Below are positions 56,242-64,000 of a stretch of 64,000 bases of DNA, one piece after another; position 1 is the first letter of the stretch; every line of letters starts with the position of its first letter. Source of the stretch: Salpingoeca rosetta (lineage: Eukaryota > Protista > Choanoflagellata); the NCBI GenBank assembly GCA_033442325.1, contig JAWQFM010000021.1:273296-337295 (forward strand). The letters run 5' to 3'. A program made the position numbers and the translations under genes. The notes beneath the pieces are model-generated. The model saw nothing but the letters and a program-made list of their open reading frames with translations. It was not told the DNA's origin and searched no databases.

Positions 56242-56886
56242 TCAGTCCTCATCCGAGGGCTGCGGGGAGGTGATGCCGGAGGTGGGCAGCTGCAGCGGCG
56301 TCACCGGCTCCCGCAACAGCTGCCGCGGGCTGTGCACCACTGCATTGCCATCTCCTTGCTGCTGCGGCTGTACATGGTGGTGGTGCACGTGGGGCGGTGG
56401 GGAGCTGGTGCCGGCGCTCTGCACGCGGACCGCAGGCGTGGGTGCGCTCGACTCTGGGAGGCGGAGGGTGCCGTCCGGGTTCATGTACGCCTCAACGGCT
56501 GGTGCACCAGACTGCACAAGCTGCCGCCGCTTCATCGCAATCACATCTTCCTCCTCCTCCTCCTCTTTCACTTCTTCGCCCTGCGTACCCTGCGTGCCCT
56601 GCTGGGCGTGCGAGGCGCCGTCCTGCAAGCCGTCCTCATCTCCACCATCAGCGTCGTCTCCATCACTGTACAAATCGTCACGCGGATGCGACGCTTCGCT
56701 GCTGCCGTTGCCGCTGTTGTGACGGTGCACACGGGAGCGCGGTGGGGACGGCGGTGCGTTCCGCAGGCCAGACGTGTTGGGCGAGCCCTCCATCTGGTGC
56801 TGTGGGTGCTGCTGCGGCGACTGGTGTGGCGATGCGTGCTGGGATGCGTGCTGGGATGCGTGCGAAGAGCCCGGTACCGGCATTGC

Positions 56887-56937
<51 letters not shown>

Positions 56938-59900
56938 ATGGTGGTGCTGCTGCTGGTGGTGCTGGGTCGGGTGCTGGTATTGGTGATCCATGCTCGAGTG
57001 GCGAGACATGTCATGCGACGCGTCATGCGACGCGTGCGCAGACATGTTCGTCGGCTGCTGGTATTGAAATGGCTGGTACGATTGCTGGTACTGCTGCTGC
57101 TGCTGTTGCTGGTGGTGGTGGGGCGATGCGGGCTGCATGACAGGGGAGGGTGGCTGTGGAATGACAACACCAGTGCCAGTGCCACCGCTGCCTGTGGAGC
57201 CGAGCGACGACACCGATGCGCCGTGAGCAGCGTACGCATACGACGGGTGCGGTGGCTGTGCCGGCGGCATGGCATAGTGTTGTTGCTGATGCTGCAGCTG
57301 TTGCTGATGCTGCTGATGGTGGTTGTGGTAGGCCACCAGCGCCTGTGTTTGCTGGTGAGCAGACATTGCAGACGCGGTGAGCGATGCGTTGCTGGTGACA
57401 ACCGCGGGCAGCGGCGTGTGCAGCGTAATCTGCTGCGGATACATGGGCTGTGGCTGTGGTTGCAGCTGCTGCGGGTACTTGTGTTGCTGGTGGTGCGGTG
57501 GGTACGGCTGTTGTTGTTGTGGGTACTGGTGGCTAGGCATGCTTGCTGTGCTCGCTGCGCTGGTTGAGAACGACGCCCGCAGCGAGGGCGGGGACATGTG
57601 GGGCGGCGGCACGGGATACTGCGCGTGCATGTGCGGGGAGGCGCCGAGCGAGGGCGGGTTGCTGGAGCCCGAGGACGCGTACACGTGCGGCATGGACGGG
57701 GGCGACACAGACATCATGTGCGCGGCAGGCACGGGCGACTGGGACGAGTACCCGTGCATCATCCCGACCGTGTGTGGGGAATGCGAGTGGGGGTGTGACC
57801 CCTGCGAGTGCGGGGAGTGGGACGGTGACGTCATCATCACGTGCGCGTGCGGGGAGGGCGACTGATGTTGCGTATAATGGCCATGCTGCTGCTGCTGCTG
57901 CTGCTGTTGTTGTTGTTGTGGCTGAATCACTTGCATTGGGGGCAGCCAGGGCGACCCTGGCGGCTGCTGCTGCCGCTGCTGCTGCTGCTGCGCTGTGGGG
58001 ACACCGCCCTCCGTCAGCGAGCCGGCCGATGACATGGTGGCGTGCATGGGCGCCTGTGATTGTGCCTGTGATGTGGGGTCGCGTGTGCGGTGCGATGCCG
58101 GCAGCTGCTGCTGCGGCGGAGGGAGCGGGTCGCCGTCAAACTCGCGCGTGGCCTCACGCATCTCGGCCTCGAGCGTGTCCTGGGACTTGGCCATAACCTC
58201 CTCGTGGTGCTGCTGCTGCGCCGCTTCCTCCTCCTCCAGCTGGGCCGCGGCAGACACGCGCTGAAGGTGCATTCCCACGCGCTCAATCACACCATTCAGC
58301 ACAGAGGTCTCCTAAACGAATGTTTGAGAGTGAAAGAGAAAAATGGTGGTGGTGGTGGCATGAGGGAGGAGCGCGTGGAACAAAACACTGGAACCATCCA
58401 GTGAAACGAGACAGATACACACAACCAAACAATCCAAAACACCCACATACCCACATACCCACATACCCACATACCCACACACACACCCACACACCTACAC
58501 ACACACACACGCACACACACACACACCCACACACCCACACCCACACCCACACTCACACGCACACAAACAAACACACACACACACACACACACACAAACAA
58601 ACACATCAAGTACACACCTGGGTGGTGTCCATTTCTGAATGGATGAGGTGCAGCAGGCCCGCGGCATCGCGCACGAGCTGGCGGGCCTCCTCGGCGGTCT
58701 GGGCGTTGGCGGCGTCAATCAGCCGCTGCCGCGCCACGTCGTACACCAGCCACTGCCACCCGTAGGAATTGCGCCACGCTCGGTAGTGCCGCTGCTTGGC
58801 AAGGAGCAGCAGCTGTTTGTAGCGCTGGCCGCTCGCAAGCATGGTGACCGACGCGTGCTGGAGGACGGGGGCGACATACGGGTGGTGCATGCACGTCTCA
58901 AACGTCTCCGTCAGCGTGCGCAGCCGGGTCAGCGCCTCCATGCTCTGCAGGTACACGGCCTGGTACACGTGCATGGCCACCACGTGCGACGCCGGCGGCT
59001 GGAACACGTCAATGTCCTCCACGCTCACGCTCAGATCCACGCTGCCCTCCTTGCCAAACATCCTGTCCAGGGCCTCGCGCTTGGCTGCGCTGAGCCGGCT
59101 GCCGCTGCCGCTGCGGCCGCGGTTCCTGCCACCGCCACCGCCCACATTGCTTGGAATGGCTCTGCCGCTCGCCGTGTTCTGGCCGCTGCCGCTGTTGGTG
59201 TGGTGACTGCTGCTGCTGTTGGTGTTGTTGAAACTGGTTGCAGATGCTCCTGGCGTGCCTCGTGCTGCGGGTGTTGTCTTCGAGGACAGCGCAGTGGTTG
59301 CAGCCGTGCTTCCTGCGTTGGCGTTGGCGTTGAAGCGCGGTGATGACGGCCGTGACAGCACCGATGCCGCCGCCTCCGCCTCTGCCTCCACCCATGCTGC
59401 ACGCGCCTCCTCGCGCAGGTCCTGCGATGGCGGCAGCAGCACTAGCCACTGCCAAACCGCACGCTCGCCCGCTGCCTGCACCGAGCTTCCGCCATCTCCC
59501 TGCTGCGGCTGCTGCTGATGTTGATGCTGCTGTTGCCATCGCATCTGCTCCTGCTCCACGCGCTGCTGCAGCTGCTGGTCGCGCTGGTGCCGCTGGTGCC
59601 GCTGCTCGTCGGTGAGGGTGGGCACCGCGGGGCGGCCGTCGCTTCCCTTGGGCAAGTTGCGTGGTGGCAGGTTGCGGACCGCAGCCTTGGACAGCGCAGG
59701 GTCCGACAGCGTGGTCACGGCCAGCACGCCCTTCTTGAACTCGTCACAGCACAGGTTGTCGGCAATCTCAATGGCCACGCGCAGCGGGTGCACCGTGTCG
59801 TCAAAGGCCCGCATGAAGCCGTGCACTGTCTCCATCGTCAGCGTCTCTGCAGCCTTGCGCTGCTTCGGCTCCAGCAGGCTGTAGTCTCCGCGCTGCCACG

Positions 59901-61598
59901 CCTCAAGCGCAATCATTGCGGGCGAGCGCATGTCGACGTTGACCCTGTTGTCAGGTGTGCCCGGCGCCGGCGTACCAATCGCCGCGGTGATGGCGTTGGC
60001 GGCCTTGCTCAGCGGGGAGGACGACGTGACGTGCTTGGCCGAGGTCTGCTGCGGCTCGTCGTCTGGCTGCGGTGTCCACAGCCTGGAGACAATCCTCTTC
60101 ATGCCGCCCAGCAGGATGCCCACAGCACCGCCGCTGCCACGACCGGCATCTGCAGCACCGTGGCGGACGCGAGCGACGCGGCGCTCCAGCTGCTGCGCGC
60201 CGTCGTCCAGGATGGCCTGCGTCACGTCCCGCTGGTCCACAATCACCAGCGAGTCTGCAGAGGCCACGGGGAAGTCATACTTGTTCTGCTGCCACGGCGA
60301 ATCGTGCAGCCGCCTGTCAAAGTAGTCGTCGTCATCGTCATCGGCATCGTTGTCGTCATCATCATGGCGGCGACCTTCTGCATCATGTTCATCATCCTCT
60401 TCGTCTCCATGGGCAGCATCAGCATGGGCGCGTGGCGGCGCTTGCTTCGCGCTTGCCGCCGCATCTTTGGCTGCTGTCGTGGCGGTGGGCTTGGGAGACG
60501 TGGCACCCTTGCTGTGACGGCGAGCCTGACCAGGCAGCGTACTGGTGCGTGTGGTGGCACCTGCGAGGCCGCGTGCTTGGTCCTCTTCCCTGTCGCGCTG
60601 GAGGTCTGCCTCCTCCGTCAGCTGCACGTGCCGTCTGGCGCGCTGCCGCTCCTCTTCGTCAAACAGGCGCACGTCAAGCACCTCGGGCCAGCCCTCGCAC
60701 GCGGCGCGGTTGGTGAAGGGGTGGAAGAGGACGGTGACGTAGTCCAGGCGGCGGGTTGCGTCGCCCTGCAGCAGGCCGACAAGGAGATCAAAGAGGAGGC
60801 CCTTGGCAATGCTGGGGCGGGGCACGCCGCGGTCATGCAGCCGGTCGTGCAGTTTCTTCAGCTCGTCAATCGTGCTCGCACAAAACGGCATCTTGCCCTC
60901 GCTGCACATGTACAGAATCACGCCCTGTGAAGCCAATCACGGGCGGGGGCGGGGTGGGTGGGGCGATTGGTTGGTGAGGTCAGTGGTGCGAACATGTGAA
61001 GAGAACACATGGGGATTAGAACATGTGTCGCGTGTGTGGTGTTGCGTGTTGGTTTTGTGAACCAGTTCGAGACACGCCACTGACATGGTGGTGGTGATGT
61101 GACGCAGGGCAAGGAGGAAAGGGGTGCGACGCAGGGGAGCACACGCGCAGAACAATGGGTAGGGGTGGCATAAAACAAGACACAAGACAGCAACGGCACG
61201 ACGTACGAGGCTGAAGAGATCCGCCTTGTAATCGTACTTCTGGTGACGCAGCACTTCGGGCGCCTGCCAGGGTGTATTGTACGTGTGTGGGGGGGGGGAG
61301 GTGCAATGTGAGTTGAGGGGCTGTGAGCGAGGTGCAATGTGAGTTGAGGGGCTGTGAGCGAGGTGCAGGCGAAGCAACAACGGCGAAACGACAACGTTGT
61401 AACAGGAAATACCAACACCAACACGAGATGCAGACACACACTCCCCGCAACAGCGCACAGCGCTGCGTGGCGCACCATGTATGAGGGCGAGCCGCAGAAG
61501 GTGTTGGTCATGTGCGAGTCGTTCAGCTCGCGAGCAAAGCCAAAGTCGGCAATCTTCAGGATGCCCTCCGTCGTCAACAGCACATTCTGCACGCAGGC

Positions 61599-61681
<83 letters not shown>

Positions 61682-62389
61682 AGCAACGCAAGAGAACCAC
61701 AAGTGCAACACATGTACAAGACACGTACAAGAAAGCAACATTCACGCCACAAGCACGAGCAACCCCCCCCCCGCGCGCAATACACACGTGCGTGCCAGCC
61801 AGTACCTGTGTCTTGAGGTCCCTGTGGATGATGCGTTTGGAGTGGAGAAACTCCAGGGCGTCGCGGAGCTGGATGGCGGTCTTGCGGACCTGAATTGGCG
61901 TCAGGCGGCCGTTCTTCTCGCCCACGAGCTCCGGGAAGCGCACGGGCTTGCTCAGGCTCGTCGGGCCAAGGTAGTCGTGCAGCGTTTGCCAGCACAGCTG
62001 ATGGTGGGCAGTTGTTGTTGTGGTGGTTGTGGTGGTCAACGAGAGTAGAGGGGTGACGATAAGTGAGTGAATGCGGCACAGCAAGAGAAAGCATGCGTTG
62101 GCAGTGCCAGGAACAAAGCACAAGCGCATGCAGGCACATGCAGGCGCATGCAGGATGAGCCCGTTGTTGCACGCAACACGCAGCGTGGACGCATAACACA
62201 CCTCCAGAGCGAGACAGCGCTCGGTGCGGGTGGAAAACGTGTCGTAGAGCATGACAATGTGTTCGTGCTGCAGGCGCTTCATGACAGCCACCTCCCGTTC
62301 CAGCGATACGCGGGCGTGTCCTTTCAGCCGCCGCGTCTTCACCACTTTGACGGCAATTTTCAGGCCCTGAACAGTGTGAACACGAGTGA

Positions 62390-62433
<44 letters not shown>

Positions 62434-62733
62434 ATGTGTGTGTGTGTGTGTGACAGCAGCCCCAGATGCCGGTTTGTCGAAACACTGCAAAACGTGGTCA
62501 CTGTTGCACAACGTCGAGCCGGGCACAGCAGCAGTCAAAACCCCAAGCCAAAACCGACGATACAACATCAAATGCCGGCGCGTCACTGCAATGCACAGCG
62601 AATGCACAACACGTACATCCTCGCGTTGGCCGCGGAAGACGGTGGCAAAGGCGCCATTTCCCAAGTTGTTCTTGGTGCGACGGAAGGTGTATTGCCCATA
62701 CGTCTCGACGCGCGAATCGCTCGGGTCGAACAT
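56242..62733 (-). CDS. ATG1: Atg1/ULK-family Ser/Thr kinase, multi-exon, with a long low-complexity C-terminus
   Basis: LGNGAFATVFRG, IAVKVV, LEREVAVMKRLQHEHIV, IHRDLKTQ|NVLL, LKIADFGFAREL...TFCGSPSYM|APEVLRHQKYDYKADLFSL|GVILY closely follow the ULK/Atg1 consensus. The helical region at ~58250-58990 resembles the Atg1 MIT-like C-terminal domain. Orthology (Atg1 versus ULK3-like) is not proven. Confidence 0.72.
61298..61367. repeat. Intronic 31-bp tandem duplication (GAGGTGCAATGTGAGTTGAGGGGCTGTGAGC x2 plus partial)
   Basis: Read directly from the sequence. Confidence 0.8.
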
Positions 62734-63865
62734 CACACTCAGCTCAGCTCACTCAGCTCACCCACGACGACAGCGTCTGTCGTCTTCCGAGTGCAGTGGC
62801 GGCTGTGTTTGCTGATGTGGTAAAAGGAGCGAGGACGAGAGAGAGAGAGAGAAGACAAAGGAAAGAAGGGAGAGAGAGAGAGTGTGTGTGTGTGTGTGAT
62901 AGTTACTGCCAATTCCTGCTGAATGAAACCAAACAAATGAGAAAGAAAGAGAGAGTTATGATGTTCAATTACACGCAGAATCGTTGTTGTTACACGTGAG
63001 CGTTGCATCCTTGTAACTTGTATGTACAACAGGCCGTCAGCAAAATGGCACAACAAGAAGCAGGGCTCCAATCATTCGCGCGCATGCAGCACAAATGCAA
63101 CGGTGCACACCACATGTGTGCGTTTCGAGTGCCACGTCAGCCCTCATCATGTCGTCAACCCTCATCACGCCAGCTCCCATCATCACATCATATGGCATCA
63201 GAAAGGTGCACGGTCGACAACCAACCAACCAACCAACCAACCTTGAGAGCCAGGAGCGGAGTGTGCACGGCTGGAAAGACTGAAAGCAAGGGTGGAAGGG
63301 CTGCTCGCTGGTGATTTTGTCGGCCAGTGAATCTGTCGAACGGAGGAGAGTAGGCAGTGGGAAGAAATAAATAAATAACCAAACAGTGAGCCGCGTTGGA
63401 TGGCCAGTGCGTTTTGTCGACCAATGCCAACAATAAAGATGCTGTGTTGGCAAACTGGAATGACACAAATCCACAAGCAGCAGCTGCGACGCCAGAAGAA
63501 CAAAAACAAACAAACAGAAGAACAAACACACACACAGAGCAGACGGAACACAGGCATGTCTGTTCGAGTGCTTGATGTGTGAACACTGTGCGCAAATTGC
63601 TATTTTGGGACGAGCTGTGACTGGGTCGAAAAGCAAATTGTGGCAAAACGCGCCGTGGCGGCCTGTACCTCCAGGGCGATGGGCAGGAAGTGTGGGTGGG
63701 CGGCTCTGTTCACAGGCCGGGACAAGGTTCAATTAAGCCGGGGTTGCGGTGGCGTTGATGTGGGGTTGTTGTGGCTTGTTTTGTTTTGTTTGTAATGTTT
63801 TGGCTGTGAACGACGAGCTGAAGAAAATGAACCGAGAGAGTGGGTATTTGTGAGTACATGTATAC

Positions 63866-64000
<135 letters not shown>

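Overview
Eukaryotic, intron-rich, GC-rich DNA whose introns are packed with (CA)n/(GT)n and trinucleotide microsatellites. Style and gene content suggest a choanoflagellate such as Salpingoeca rosetta (inference, not checked). From left to right: the 3' half of a P5A-type ATPase (ATP13A1/Spf1-like); a very young Ty1/copia LTR retrotransposon (5436-16657; 168-bp LTRs that look identical, 5-bp TSD GTAAC) split in its protease region by a complete 6020-bp Mutator-type DNA transposon (6696-12715; 10-bp TSD, TIRs with internal tandem repeats); a ~2850-aa secreted mucin-like multi-lectin protein; a CFP1/Spp1-like PHD protein head-to-head with a 26/29-kDa/CfaD-type papain protease; a two-domain glycosyltransferase; an orphan C2H2 protein; a bacterial-type persulfide dioxygenase-rhodanese fusion; an LRR receptor kinase; and an Atg1/ULK-like kinase. 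The most notable result is that the nested Mutator element can be spliced through six in-phase GT-AG introns into one ~1316-aa polypeptide fusing a MuDR DDE transposase and SWIM finger, via a polyQ/polyE linker, to a Ulp1/SENP-like cysteine protease with an intact catalytic set. Most entries in the ORF track are microsatellite shadows.
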